Shown piece after piece: positions 8,474 to 19,101 of a DNA stretch of 40,039 nt. Below the pieces are notes generated by a model. That model was not told the DNA's origin and made no database searches. It was given only the letters and a program-made list of their open reading frames with translations. Position numbers and translations under genes: made by a program. The DNA is from Actinomycetota bacterium. GTDB lineage: Bacteria; Actinomycetota; CADDZG01; JAHWKV01; JAOPZY01. The first letter of the stretch is position 1. Every line of letters begins with the position of its first letter. The stretch covers positions 1 through 40,039 of the forward strand of contig JAOPZY010000086.1 in NCBI GenBank assembly GCA_025963875.1, given 5' to 3'.

Positions 8474-10837
8474 TCAGGTACGCATCAGCAGGCCGTACAG
8501 TTCCTCGGCCACCGACTCGAAGCTGAGGGACGCGGCGTAGGCCCGGGCCGCCTCGCTGAGGCCCTTCCGGCGGCCGGGGTCGCTCAGGAGGCCGAGGATC
8601 TCGGCGGCGAGGGCCTCGGGCGGGGACTCGGTGGGGAGCTTGACCGCCGCGTCGTCCGGCAGCTCCGCCGCAGACCCCAGGGCCGTCACGATCGTCGGGA
8701 TGCCTGCGGCGAGGGCCTCGGCGACGGCACCCGAGAACTCCCCGTTGGTGGAGGCTCGGAGCTGCACGGCGACCATGGCCTCCGACAGGTGGCGGTCCCA
8801 CCCGGCGTCGTCCACCTGGCCCGTGGCGGTGACGGCCCCGGCGATCCCCAGCCTGGCGGCGTGCGCCCTGACTGCGGCCAGGTCCTCTGGGGAGCCGGGG
8901 CCGACGAGGCGAAGGCGGGCGTCCCGCAGGGCCTTGAGCACGATGGCGAAGGCGTCGAGGAGCGCTCCGGTGGCCTTGGTGGGGTTCACGACGCCGAAGC
9001 TCGCCACCACCGGCTCCACCGGCTCGGGCCGCTCGGCGAGGAGACGGAGGGCATGGGGCAGGACGCCCACGCGGGCGGCGTCCTCCGGCCGGGCGTCCCG
9101 CCGGGCGAGACCGGCGGCGAACTCGGACGTCGTGAGGAATCGCAGCGAGGCCCCGATCAGCTCGCCGGCCATGGGCTCGGGCAGTGAGTTCAGGATCGTT
9201 GGTGCGATGAGCAGCGGGTCGGGAGGCTGCGGGGCGTCCGGGTAGAGCGCATGGTGGATGCCCCGGAAGGTATCGGGTTCCAGGGTGCCGTGGTGGGCCG
9301 CGAAGGCGTAGAGCTGGGCCAGCCGGACGTCGTGGGCGAGCACGAGGCCCGGCCGCTTCCGGGCGAGACCCAGGGCGCCGGTGTGGAACTCCGAGTTGCC
9401 GATGGCGTACACCACAGCGTCGTAGCCTCCCCGGGCCGCCTCCACCCGCTCAAGGTGCTCCACGGGATGCACCGGGATGCCGGCGGGGGCCCGGGGCGCC
9501 GACGGCAGCGCTTCCAGGCCTCCCTCCAGGGCGTCGACGAAGGCATCGACCTCGCAGTGGGCGGCAAGAGGCTCCAGCAAACGGTAGCTGTAGGTGGCCA
9601 CGCCCGATCCCTGCGGCGGCAGTGGCGTGACGAAGGCCACCCTGAGCTTGCGCCGGCCTCTCGACCGGGCCGGGGGCCGCGGGGTCGCGAGCAGCTGCTC
9701 GTAGACCCTGACCGCCTCCTCCGCCGCCTGCGCCCAGGTCGGCAGGGGCCGCGCCGAGGCCCGTCGCAGGGCCAGGTGCGTGGAGCGGTCGGTCAGGGCC
9801 CGTGCCATGGTGGCGGCCATGTCCGCCGGGTCGCCGGGGTCGAACTGGCCCTCGGGCGCCGTAACCGCCGCAGGAGCCGAGACGTTGGAGGAGACCACCA
9901 GGGCCCCGCAGGCCATCGCCTCGGCGACCGGCAGCCCGTAGCCTTCGTAGTGCGAGGGGAACACGAACAGGTCGGTCGACTGGTAAGCGGCGATGAGGGT
10001 GGCGTCGTCGATGTAGCCGGGCAGGTAGAGGCGGCGGGAGATCCCGAGGTGACGGGCGAGGCCCTCGAGGTGGCTGCAGTAGCCGTCGGTCATCCCGAAC
10101 GCGACGACAAGCTGGTGGGCAGCTCGCAGGTCCCGGGGGAGGAGGGCGAAGGCCCTGAGCAGACCCTCGACATTCTTGCGGTCGTCCTCGCCCCCGACGG
10201 AGAAGACGAAGGGGTCCTCGAGCCGTACCATGCCCCGCCGCGCCTCGGCCGCAGCCTCGACCCTGGAGGCGGGGCGCCGGAACGAGGACGAGATGCCGGC
10301 GCCGATGGTGGTCACCCGGGCGGCATCGAGGCCGAGGCGGGCGATCGCCTCGTCCCGGCTCGCCGCCGAGATCGCCAGCACCCGGTCGGCGGCCCGGACG
10401 AGCTCCAACCGGGCACGGTAGCGGCGGCGCTGCCCGGGGTCGGCCAGATACTGGGAGGCGAAGACCTCGGGGATGAGGTCGTAGAGGGTGACGACGAGCC
10501 GCATGGGGTTCCCGGCCCCGCTGGGCGGCCACACCCGGGCCAGCGGTTCGTCGAGTTCGAAGGGCGACAGGACGTGGTAGATGCGCCCGGAAGAGAGGTC
10601 GACGTCGCCCGCCCGGTGGACCTTGCCGGTGGCCGCGAGCTCTCCCAGGTCGTCCGGCTCCGGGAGTGACGGGTTGAGGAGGATGGCGCCGACCAGGTCG
10701 GGACGCGTCTCGCAGAGGGCCCTCGTGAACTCGAACGACCAGCGGCCGATGCCGCGGTCCCGGTGGTGGGGGCTTTGCAGGGCCTGGAGATCGAGGATCA
10801 GCGGCCCGGCGCCGGATCCGTCGGTGCTCACGGCCAT
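8474..10837 (-). CDS. Two-module GT4 glycosyltransferase, WbdA-like glycan polymerase
   Basis: Module 1 runs LILDLQALQ..RGIGRW to FPSHYEGYGLPVAEAM. Module 2 runs RVAFVTPLPPQGSGVATYS to GEFSGAVAEAL. Start is ATG 10837 or GTG 10831 (7 nt below TATCGT). Confidence 0.88.
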   Translation of the reverse strand: MAVSTDGSGAGPLILDLQALQSPHHRDRGIGRWSFEFTRALCETRPDLVGAILLNPSLPEPDDLGELAATGKVHRAGDVDLSSGRIYHVLSPFELDEPLARVWPPSGAGNPMRLVVTLYDLIPEVFASQYLADPGQRRRYRARLELVRAADRVLAISAASRDEAIARLGLDAARVTTIGAGISSSFRRPASRVEAAAEARRGMVRLEDPFVFSVGGEDDRKNVEGLLRAFALLPRDLRAAHQLVVAFGMTDGYCSHLEGLARHLGISRRLYLPGYIDDATLIAAYQSTDLFVFPSHYEGYGLPVAEAMACGALVVSSNVSAPAAVTAPEGQFDPGDPADMAATMARALTDRSTHLALRRASARPLPTWAQAAEEAVRVYEQLLATPRPPARSRGRRKLRVAFVTPLPPQGSGVATYSYRLLEPLAAHCEVDAFVDALEGGLEALPSAPRAPAGIPVHPVEHLERVEAARGGYDAVVYAIGNSEFHTGALGLARKRPGLVLAHDVRLAQLYAFAAHHGTLEPDTFRGIHHALYPDAPQPPDPLLIAPTILNSLPEPMAGELIGASLRFLTTSEFAAGLARRDARPEDAARVGVLPHALRLLAERPEPVEPVVASFGVVNPTKATGALLDAFAIVLKALRDARLRLVGPGSPEDLAAVRAHAARLGIAGAVTATGQVDDAGWDRHLSEAMVAVQLRASTNGEFSGAVAEALAAGIPTIVTALGSAAELPDDAAVKLPTESPPEALAAEILGLLSDPGRRKGLSEAARAYAASLSFESVAEELYGLLMRT

Positions 10838-10913
10838 GACGATACATGGCGACGATACCTGGCATCCTGGGGCCGTGGGCGGACGAGCGGCGGGTCCCCA
10901 GACGGACCCGGCA

Positions 10914-12962
10914 ATGGGCGACGAGCTCAGCGGCGAGCAGGAGTACCTGGCCCACGCACGACGCTGCCTGGAGGCGATGCGGCGCAACGTCGCCGGCCTG
11001 AAGGCCCAGGGCGGCGACAAGATGGCCCGGGAGATCCTCGAGGCCAATCTCGCCGCCCGCCTGACGGCGCTGCAGGACGACCCCGACGTGCCCCTCTTCT
11101 TCGGCCGCATCGACCTAGGCTCGGCCTCCTCACCGAACTCCTCCCCGAACTCCTCTCCGAACCCAGGGCACCGCGGGGAGGTCTTCCACCTCGGCCGGCG
11201 CCACGTCCAGGACAGCGAGGGCGACCCCGTCGTCGTCGACTGGCGGGCCAACATCGCCCGGCCCTTCTACCGGGCGAGCAGCCGGGATGCCATGGGGGTC
11301 CACCGGCGGCGCCGGTTCGGTTTCCAGCGCGGCGAGCTCACCGGGTTCGAGGACGAGCTGCTCGGTCTCGGCCAGGAGCTGGAGGGGCTCTCGCCGCTCG
11401 TCGCCGCCGAGATCGAACGCCCTCGCACCGGTCCCATGCGGGACATCGTCGCGAGCATCCAGCCCGAGCAGGACGAGATCGTCCGGGCGGGGATCGACCA
11501 GAGCGTCTGCGTCCAGGGTGGCCCGGGCACCGGCAAGACCGCCGTGGGCCTGCACCGGGCGGCCTACCTCCTCTACGCCCACGCCGCCCAGCTCCGGCGG
11601 GCCGGCGTCCTGGTGGTCGGGCCCAACGACGCGTTCATTCGCTACATCGGCGACGTCCTCCCAGCCCTCGGCGAGGTCTCGGTGGACCAGATGCCGCTGT
11701 CGGAGCTGCTCGCACGGCCCCGCATCCAGGTCCGGGGGACCGATGGCGATGCCGCCGCCGCCGTGAAACACAGCGCAGCCATGGCCGCGGTCATCCGCCG
11801 GGCCTGCTACCTGCGGCTTGCCACGCCGGACGAGCCGCTGGCCGTGCGGGTCGGCGTCACCGCCGTCCGGCTCCCACCGGCGGAGATAGCGAAGATCCGC
11901 CAGCGCGTCCTGCTGCGCAACCTCCCCTACAACGCCGGGCGCACAGCCTTCCGCAACCTGCTGGTCGACCGCCTGCTCCAGATCACCGAGCTGTCCGTGC
12001 AGAATGTCACGCGCAGCGACGTCGTCGCGGCATTGCGGGAGTCCAAGGTCGCCCGGGACATCGCCGGCGCCGTCTGGCCGACCATCGATCCCATCGACGT
12101 CGTCTACGAGTTGCTCTCGGACCCGGAAACCATGGCCGCCGCAGCCGAGGGCATCCTCAGCGACCAGGAGCAGGCGATGCTGGTCTGGAGCGGACGCCCC
12201 GTGCGGGCGAAAGCTCCGTGGTCGGTAGCGGACCTGGTGCTGCTCGACGAGGCGGCAGGGCTCCTCGACCGGCCCCGGGGCTACGGCCACGTCGTGGTCG
12301 ACGAGGCCCAGGACCTCTCGCCCATGCAACTGCGGGCCGTGGGGCGGCGGTACCAGCGCAGCGTGACCCTGCTCGGCGATCTCGCCCAGGCCACGACCTC
12401 GTGGTCGTCGTCCACCTGGGACGAGGTGCTGTCCAACATCGGCATCGCCAAGGCGTCGGTCGAGACGCTGCAGAAGGCCTTTCGGGTGCCGGGCTCCGTG
12501 CTGGCCGTGGCCAACCGGCTCCTGCCGGACATCGCCCCCGACCTTGCCCCGGCCCTCGCCGTCCGCGACACACCGGACGCCTTGACCAGCGTGGTCGTGA
12601 CGCCCGATGCCATCCCGGCCGAGGTCGCCGCCAAGGTCCGCTGGGCGCTGGAACGGCCGGGTTCGGTGGGCGTCATCGTGCCGGCGGACCGCACCGCCGC
12701 CGTCGGATCGGCGCTGGACGCTCTCGGCATCGCCTGGGCCGATGTGGACGAGGGGCAATCCGTCGCCCGGGTCACGCTGCTGCGCGCGGAGCAGGCCAAG
12801 GGCCTGGAGTTCGATGTCGTCGTGCTGGCGGAGCCCGAGCGCCTCGCGGCGGGGGAGGTCCGGCAGCTGCGCCTGCTCTACATTGCGATCACCCGGGCGG
12901 TCCTCCGCCTGGTGCTGGTGCAGTCGGCGCCCCTCCCGGCGCGGCTAGGGATCGGGGCCTGA
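10914..12962 (+). CDS. helD: HelD-family (RNA-polymerase-binding, UvrD-like) ATPase
   Basis: LFFGRID, VVDWRA, MRDIVASIQPEQDEIVR, Walker A GGPGTGKT, LHRAAYLLY, VVVDEAQD, GDLAQ, AKGLEFD, LYIAITRA. An alternative start is GTG 10875. Confidence 0.88.
   Translation: MGDELSGEQEYLAHARRCLEAMRRNVAGLKAQGGDKMAREILEANLAARLTALQDDPDVPLFFGRIDLGSASSPNSSPNSSPNPGHRGEVFHLGRRHVQDSEGDPVVVDWRANIARPFYRASSRDAMGVHRRRRFGFQRGELTGFEDELLGLGQELEGLSPLVAAEIERPRTGPMRDIVASIQPEQDEIVRAGIDQSVCVQGGPGTGKTAVGLHRAAYLLYAHAAQLRRAGVLVVGPNDAFIRYIGDVLPALGEVSVDQMPLSELLARPRIQVRGTDGDAAAAVKHSAAMAAVIRRACYLRLATPDEPLAVRVGVTAVRLPPAEIAKIRQRVLLRNLPYNAGRTAFRNLLVDRLLQITELSVQNVTRSDVVAALRESKVARDIAGAVWPTIDPIDVVYELLSDPETMAAAAEGILSDQEQAMLVWSGRPVRAKAPWSVADLVLLDEAAGLLDRPRGYGHVVVDEAQDLSPMQLRAVGRRYQRSVTLLGDLAQATTSWSSSTWDEVLSNIGIAKASVETLQKAFRVPGSVLAVANRLLPDIAPDLAPALAVRDTPDALTSVVVTPDAIPAEVAAKVRWALERPGSVGVIVPADRTAAVGSALDALGIAWADVDEGQSVARVTLLRAEQAKGLEFDVVVLAEPERLAAGEVRQLRLLYIAITRAVLRLVLVQSAPLPARLGIGA
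11127..11162 (+). repeat. In-frame 12-bp tandem repeat x3 encoding (SSPN)3 inside helD
   Basis: tcctcaccgaac tcctccccgaac tcctctccgaac. Confidence 0.9.
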
Positions 12963-12974
12963 GGAAAATCGAGA

Positions 12975-13009
12975 TTCTGTTTCGCCACGCATATCGTGGT
13001 GAAACAGAA
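12975..13009. repeat. AT-rich palindrome (REP-like or possible terminator) after helD
   Basis: TTCTGTTTCGCCACG-CATAT-CGTGGTGAAACAGAA, a 15-bp stem with one G-U pair. Confidence 0.8.
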
Positions 13010-13066
13010 AAAGAAATGTTGAGAACCGCTTGACCAGCGCCCACGGCACCCGAGGTGAGGTCGGAA

Positions 13067-13597
13067 GTGACGGAGATCACGCAGGTCCGGATCGAGCCAT
13101 GGAAAGAGGACGACCTTGCCCTGCTGCGCCGCAAGAATGCGCCGGAGATGATGGAGCACCTGGGAGGTCCGGAGACCGAGGATCGGATCCTCCGGCGCCA
13201 CCGGCGGTATGTCGACCTGGCCGGGACCGGCACCGGGCGGATGTTCAGCATCGTGCTGCTTCCCGAAGGCGAGGCCGTCGGCAGCGTCGGGTACTGGGAA
13301 CGCGTCTGGGCGGAGGAGACCGTCTACGAGACCGGCTGGAGCGTCCTGCCGCCATTCCAGGGCCGGGGCATCGCGACCGCGGCCGTTGTGGCCGCCGTCG
13401 CCAGCGCGCGCGCCGAGCGCAAACATCGCTTTCTGCATGCGTTCCCGTCGGTGGACAATGCCGCGTCGAACGCGCTCTGCCGCAAGGTCGGCTTCCTGTT
13501 CGTGGCGGAATGCGACTTCGAGTACCCGCCGGGCAGCATCATGCGTTGCAACGACTGGCGACTGGACCTCACCGAGGCGAGTGCAGGAGTTGGCTAG
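13067..13597 (+). CDS. GNAT family N-acetyltransferase (RimJ/RimL-like)
   Basis: ETGWSVLPPFQGRGIAT and NAASNALCRKVGF. GAGG SD before GTG 13067 (alternative start 13055). Confidence 0.88.
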   Translation: MTEITQVRIEPWKEDDLALLRRKNAPEMMEHLGGPETEDRILRRHRRYVDLAGTGTGRMFSIVLLPEGEAVGSVGYWERVWAEETVYETGWSVLPPFQGRGIATAAVVAAVASARAERKHRFLHAFPSVDNAASNALCRKVGFLFVAECDFEYPPGSIMRCNDWRLDLTEASAGVG

Positions 13598-13619
13598 TCT
13601 TCTAGAACTCTGCTAGGCT
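13594..13619 (+). promoter_or_regulatory. Leaderless trpB promoter with candidate GntR operator
   Basis: TGcTAGGCT (extended -10; TAGGCT at 13614-13619) is 6 nt before ATG 13626. The palindrome TTCTAGAA is at 13600-13607. Confidence 0.55.
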
Positions 13620-13625
13620 CACCCC

Positions 13626-14784
<1,159 letters not shown>

Positions 14785-14788
<4 letters not shown>

Positions 14789-15564
14789 CGGGCCTGGAGA
14801 CCCACCTCCGGCATCGGCGCGATCTCGGCCGGCCGCTGCTGGTCCCCTACGTCATGGCCGGCATCACCGCCGACTGGACCGGCCTGGTCTGCGCCATGGC
14901 CGGTGCGGGGGCGGACGCGGTCGAGGTCGGGCTGCCGTTCTCGGACCCGGTGGTCGACGGCCCGACCCTCCAGCAGGCCTCGGCCCGGGCACTCGGCAAC
15001 GGCGCCAGGCCCTCCCGGCTGGTGGCGGAGCTCGAAGACGTGGAAGCCGCCGTCCCGGTCGTGCTGATGGCCTACGCCAATACCGTCTACGCCACCGGCC
15101 TGGGTTCCTTCGTCGACCGGGCGGCGGGTGCGGGGGTCGCGGGGGTCATCGTGCCCGACCTGCCGCTGGAGGAGTCGCAGGCATACGAGAACGTGACGGC
15201 GGCAGCCGGCATCGCGGCAATCCTGCTCGCCGCACCCTCGTGCTCGAACGACCGCATCGGCGCCGTCTGCGCCCGCTCCCGCGGCTTCGTCTACGCGGTG
15301 AGCGCCATGCGCACCACCGGCGAGCGGGACAGCCTCGCCGGCAGCGCCCTGCCGATCGCCCGGCGGGTGAAATCGTGCACCGACCGGCCGGTGCTCGCCG
15401 GCTTCGGCATCTCGTCGCCGACCCAGGCGGCGGCCGTGGCGGCAGTGGCCGACGGCGTCGTGGTGGCGTCCTCCCTGATGCGGCTGTTGCTGGACGGCGC
15501 ACCGCACGCAGCAGTCCTCGAGTCCGTGGCGGCACTGCGCCAGGCGCTCGACGGCGCCGCATGA
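14785..15564 (+). CDS. trpA: Tryptophan synthase alpha chain
   Basis: GTGA overlap with the trpB stop. Motifs [34 protein letters not shown] and GFGISS. Confidence 0.95.
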
Positions 15565-16307
15565 GGCGGGGGCCCAAGTACCTGCGGATCCGGGAGGCGC
15601 TGCGGCAGGAGATCGATGCCGGGCGGTATCCCCCGGGATCGCCCCTGCCCTCCCAGCGCCTGCTGGCGGAACGCTTCGGGGTCACGCTCATGACGGTCCG
15701 CCAGGCGATCGGCCTGCTGGAGGAAGAAGGAGTGGTGACGACGCGCCAGGGCAGCGGCACCTTCGTCCGCCAGCGACCGTTCGCCTACCGCCTCGGCCCC
15801 CTGCGCAGCCTGGCCCGGGAGATCGCGGCTGCCGGCGGGGATCTGGCGACCACGGTGACGGGTGCCGCGCGGGGGCGGGCGCCCGACGGCGTGGCGGAGC
15901 GGTTGGGGGCGGCAGCCGGCGACGACGTCGTCGTGCTCGAGCGGCTCCGGGTCCTCGACGGCGAGCCCCTGCTCGTCCAGCGCTCCTACCTGCCGGTGGA
16001 GCTGGGAAGCCTCCTCACACCCGGCGAGCTCACGACCGCATCGCTCTACGACCTCCTCCAGCGCGACGCGGGGGTCACGGTGGCACGGGCCACGGAGACC
16101 ATCACGGCGGTCGCCCTCGGGCCGGCAGACGCCCGTGCCCTCGTCCGCAAGGCACGCTCACCGGGACTCCTGAGCCGCCGGCGCACGTTCGACGCCCTCG
16201 ACCGGCCGGTGCTCGAGGACTGGGCGTTCCTCCCCGCGGGCAGGGTGGTGCTGACGCTGGAGCGGAATGCCGAGGCTCCGGCGCCGGCAGCAACGTGGAG
16301 CCGGTGA
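15561..16307 (+). CDS. GntR family transcriptional regulator, HutC subfamily (HTH + UTRA)
   Basis: ATGA overlap. HTH LPSQRLLAERFGVTLMTVRQAI..QGSGTFV, followed by UTRA-like LERLR..DGEP, SLYDLL and ETITAV. Confidence 0.92.
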   Translation: MRRGPKYLRIREALRQEIDAGRYPPGSPLPSQRLLAERFGVTLMTVRQAIGLLEEEGVVTTRQGSGTFVRQRPFAYRLGPLRSLAREIAAAGGDLATTVTGAARGRAPDGVAERLGAAAGDDVVVLERLRVLDGEPLLVQRSYLPVELGSLLTPGELTTASLYDLLQRDAGVTVARATETITAVALGPADARALVRKARSPGLLSRRRTFDALDRPVLEDWAFLPAGRVVLTLERNAEAPAPAATWSR

Positions 16308-16353
16308 CGACGGAACGCCTTTCAGGGGACCGGCCAGGGGCCAGCAGGGCCGG

Positions 16354-16402
16354 GAGGTTCGCAACGAAAACCGTGTTCCACACGGAAAATGTTGCGGACC
16401 TC
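16354..16402. repeat. AT-rich interrupted palindrome between convergent genes, flanked by imperfect direct repeats
   Basis: Outer stem GAGGTTCGCAAC/GTTGCGGACCTC, 5x5 A-rich internal loop and inner CCGTG-TTCCA-CACGG. Confidence 0.75.
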
Positions 16403-16421
16403 TCCCTGGAACGCCCCCCTT

Positions 16422-17567
16422 TCAGGGAACCAGCCAGGTGGTCGTCCCGATGAGGCAGAACAGGACCGCCATCAGCATCGCGGAGGTGCCGATCACCAGC
16501 CAGAAGGGCACGTCTCGGAGCGAGCGCGCCAACGGGGCGAAGAGAGGGAACGCCGTCAGGGCGAAGCGGGGCGTCGAGGAGTACGTCTGGAAGTAGGCCG
16601 CAAGGGCAAGGGTCGAGACCGTGTACAGCCAGATGATCATCGGTGGGCGCCAGCGAGCCATCAGGACGATGCAGACGACGACCAGGGCCAGCGTGGCGAA
16701 GCTGGCGGTGCGATCGAGGTCCATGAGGGGATGGGCCAGATAGGTCGACAGGACCTTGCCCACCTGTGACGATTGGAACCCGAACCCTTGGCTGGACCAC
16801 CCGCGGTCCCGCGCGTGGAGGTTGGCCAGGAAGTCCCCCGTCCGCCATTGCAGGAACGCGAAGAACCCGATGACCCCCCACGGTGCGAGCAAGGGCGCAA
16901 CGAACGGCCGTATCGAGCGGGTACGCCGGAACGCGGCGGCTGCGGCCCAGGCGCAGGGCAGAAAAAGGACGAACCCGGTGGGCCTCGAGGCCCCCGCCGC
17001 GAGCGCGGCAAGACCGGCGACGACCCAGCGCTCGTCGAGCAGCGCCAGCAGGCAGATTGCCGACGCCAGCAGGAGGATCCCTTCCGAGTACGCCATGGAG
17101 AAGATGAACGCCCAGGGGAAGAAGCAGAGCAGCGTCACCGTCCGGAGCGCCGCCGGAGCGTCCATTGGGCGCTCGATCAGGACGTAGATGACCGCCATGG
17201 CGAGGCCCGAGGCAACCAGATTGACCGCCAGCGCCGAGGTGACCCAGGAGAGGCCCGTGAGGCCGTGGAACGCCCGGATCGCCAGCGGATAGAGGGGGAA
17301 GAAGGCGTGGTCGGACTGGCCGGGCGCCGGCACCAGGGCCTTCGGGTACCCGTGCCTGGCAACCTCCAGGTACCACGCCCCGTCCCAGTACGCCAGGAAC
17401 CTCGAGGCGCCGCCGGCGGTCGGGAGTTTGAGGGCGAAGAACAGGACCAGGCCGAGGGCAGCCCGGGAGCAGGCGAAGATGCCCAGCGGCGCCGCCAGCC
17501 GCCGCAGGCCGGGTGAAGGTAGTCCGACATCGCGCGCCTGCGCGCGATCTGCACCCAAGGTCCTCAC
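16422..17567 (-). CDS. PIG-V/mannosyltransferase-like GT-C membrane glycosyltransferase
   Basis: GTGA overlap start. Motifs WDGAWYLEVARHGY, AFFPLYP, YSEG and SRPTG, with multiple TM helices. Confidence 0.85.
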   Translation of the reverse strand: MRTLGADRAQARDVGLPSPGLRRLAAPLGIFACSRAALGLVLFFALKLPTAGGASRFLAYWDGAWYLEVARHGYPKALVPAPGQSDHAFFPLYPLAIRAFHGLTGLSWVTSALAVNLVASGLAMAVIYVLIERPMDAPAALRTVTLLCFFPWAFIFSMAYSEGILLLASAICLLALLDERWVVAGLAALAAGASRPTGFVLFLPCAWAAAAAFRRTRSIRPFVAPLLAPWGVIGFFAFLQWRTGDFLANLHARDRGWSSQGFGFQSSQVGKVLSTYLAHPLMDLDRTASFATLALVVVCIVLMARWRPPMIIWLYTVSTLALAAYFQTYSSTPRFALTAFPLFAPLARSLRDVPFWLVIGTSAMLMAVLFCLIGTTTWLVP

Positions 17568-18742
17568 CGGGCCGGCCGGTGCTGGATGAGCTCGCGGTAG
17601 ACCTCGGCTGCCTTCCCGGCGGCCTGCGCCCACGTGGGAGCGGGACGCTCCGAGGCCCGCCGCAGGGCCTCGCCGGTGGCCGGATCCGTGAGTGCCCGCT
17701 GGATGGCGGCGGCGATGGCCGCCGGGTCGGTCGCATCGAACCTTCCCTCGGGCACGGTGAGCTCGGCGATGGCGGAGTTGCCGGAGGCCACCACCGGCGC
17801 CCCGCAGGCCATGGCCTCGACGACGGGCAGACCGTAGCCCTCGTAGAGGGACGGGAAGACGAACAGGTCGGTCGATTGGTAGGCGGCAATAAGGGAGGGG
17901 TCGTCGACGTAGCCGGGCAGGCGCACGCGGCCCAGGATGCCGAGGTGACCGGCGAGCCCAACGACGAGCGTGCGCTGCTCCGGGGTCATGCGGCATGCGA
18001 CGACGAGCTGGTGGGCGGCACGCAGCTCCGGCGGGAGGAGCGCGTAGGCCTTCAGCAGGCCCTCGACGTTCTTGCGGTGGTCGATCCCGCCGACGTACAG
18101 GAGGAAGCCCGGCTCCAGCCCGGCGACCGCCTCCCCGGCGCGGGCGAATGCCTCCTCCCGGGAGGCAGGCCGGCGGAACGCCTCGGAGATGCCCGCCCCG
18201 ATAACCCGGATGCGGCCCGGGGAGACTCCCAGGCTGCGGACCGCCTCCTGCTTCGTTGCCTCGGACACCGACAGCACCCGGTCGGCGGCCCGGACGAGCT
18301 CCTCACGGGCCAGGTAGCGACGGCGGAGACCCGGGTCGGAATGATAGTGGTCCGGGAAGATCCTTGGAATCAGATCGTGCAGGGTGACCACCAGGCGGAG
18401 CCGGGCTGCCGCCATCGAGGCCGGCCAGATCCGCTCCAGGGCGGTCTCGAGCTCGAAGGGAGCGATGACGTGATAGATGCACGCCCCGGAGACGTCCACC
18501 CCGTTCGCCCAGGCAACCTTGCCGCTCGCCTTCAGCTCCTCGATGCCGTCGGGGGAGGGCAGGTCGGGATTGAGCACCATCGCCCCCACGAGGTCCGGGT
18601 GGCCCGCGGCGAGCGCTCTGGCGAACTCGAAGGTGTGGCGGGCGACGCCGCGCTCGGCGTAGTCCCGGTTCTGGATTGCCTGGAGGTCGAGGACAACCGG
18701 CCCTTCAGCTGCAAGCCCTCCGAGGTCCGTGACCGCCCTCAG
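17564..18742 (-). CDS. Glycosyltransferase family 4, paralog of module 1 of 8474-10837; probable non-canonical CTG start
   Basis: VVLDLQAIQ..RGVAR, LVVTLHDLIP, GGIDHRKNVE, FPSLYEGYGLPVVEAM. There is no in-frame ATG/GTG/TTG between the upstream stop and these N-terminal motifs. Confidence 0.85.
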   Translation of the reverse strand: MRAVTDLGGLAAEGPVVLDLQAIQNRDYAERGVARHTFEFARALAAGHPDLVGAMVLNPDLPSPDGIEELKASGKVAWANGVDVSGACIYHVIAPFELETALERIWPASMAAARLRLVVTLHDLIPRIFPDHYHSDPGLRRRYLAREELVRAADRVLSVSEATKQEAVRSLGVSPGRIRVIGAGISEAFRRPASREEAFARAGEAVAGLEPGFLLYVGGIDHRKNVEGLLKAYALLPPELRAAHQLVVACRMTPEQRTLVVGLAGHLGILGRVRLPGYVDDPSLIAAYQSTDLFVFPSLYEGYGLPVVEAMACGAPVVASGNSAIAELTVPEGRFDATDPAAIAAAIQRALTDPATGEALRRASERPAPTWAQAAGKAAEVYRELIQHRPAR

Positions 18743-19101
18743 CCGGCTGGAGCTGCCGGGCCGCCGCCTCCTGCTGCCCTGCCCGACGCCGACTTGGTGC
18801 GCCGGGGGGCCGGGCTGGGAGGCCTCTCGAGGGCATCCAGGCGGGTAGCGATCGACTGGAGCTGCTCCTCGATGCCGTCGAGGCGGTCTCCCAGCTGGGA
18901 GAGGAGGCGCCCGAAGACGGCGGTCGCCTCGTTGGCGGCGTCCATGTCGTCCTCGAGCACGCGGCGGATGTCGCGCAGCTCGGCCTGGAGTCCCGCTTGC
19001 GCCGGTGCGATGGCGTCGTTGACCGCAGCCCCGACCTCCTTGCGGAAGACCTTCCGTGCCGGGCGGACCGCTTTCGCCAGGCGCCGCTTTGCTGTCGTGA
19101 T
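18739..19101 (-). CDS. Small coiled-coil hypothetical protein; probable ATC start (alternative ATG 19146)
   Basis: Basic amphipathic N-terminus (KRRLAKAVRPARKVFRKE) and heptad-like LGDRLDGIEEQLQSIATRLDALE. GAAAGGA SD lies 7 nt before ATC 19101. Confidence 0.65.
   Translation of the reverse strand: MTTAKRRLAKAVRPARKVFRKEVGAAVNDAIAPAQAGLQAELRDIRRVLEDDMDAANEATAVFGRLLSQLGDRLDGIEEQLQSIATRLDALERPPSPAPRRTKSASGRAAGGGGPAAPAG

Noticed and set aside
10838..10913. helD as rifamycin-inducible helR
   Set aside because: No RAE-like palindrome is visible upstream, only a GACGATAC direct repeat that matches the -10 of the divergent gene.
13594..13605. TrpR operator (CTAG pair 8 bp apart)
   Set aside because: The flanking GNACT half-sites do not match, and no trpR is present. 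The adjacent GntR is the simpler explanation.
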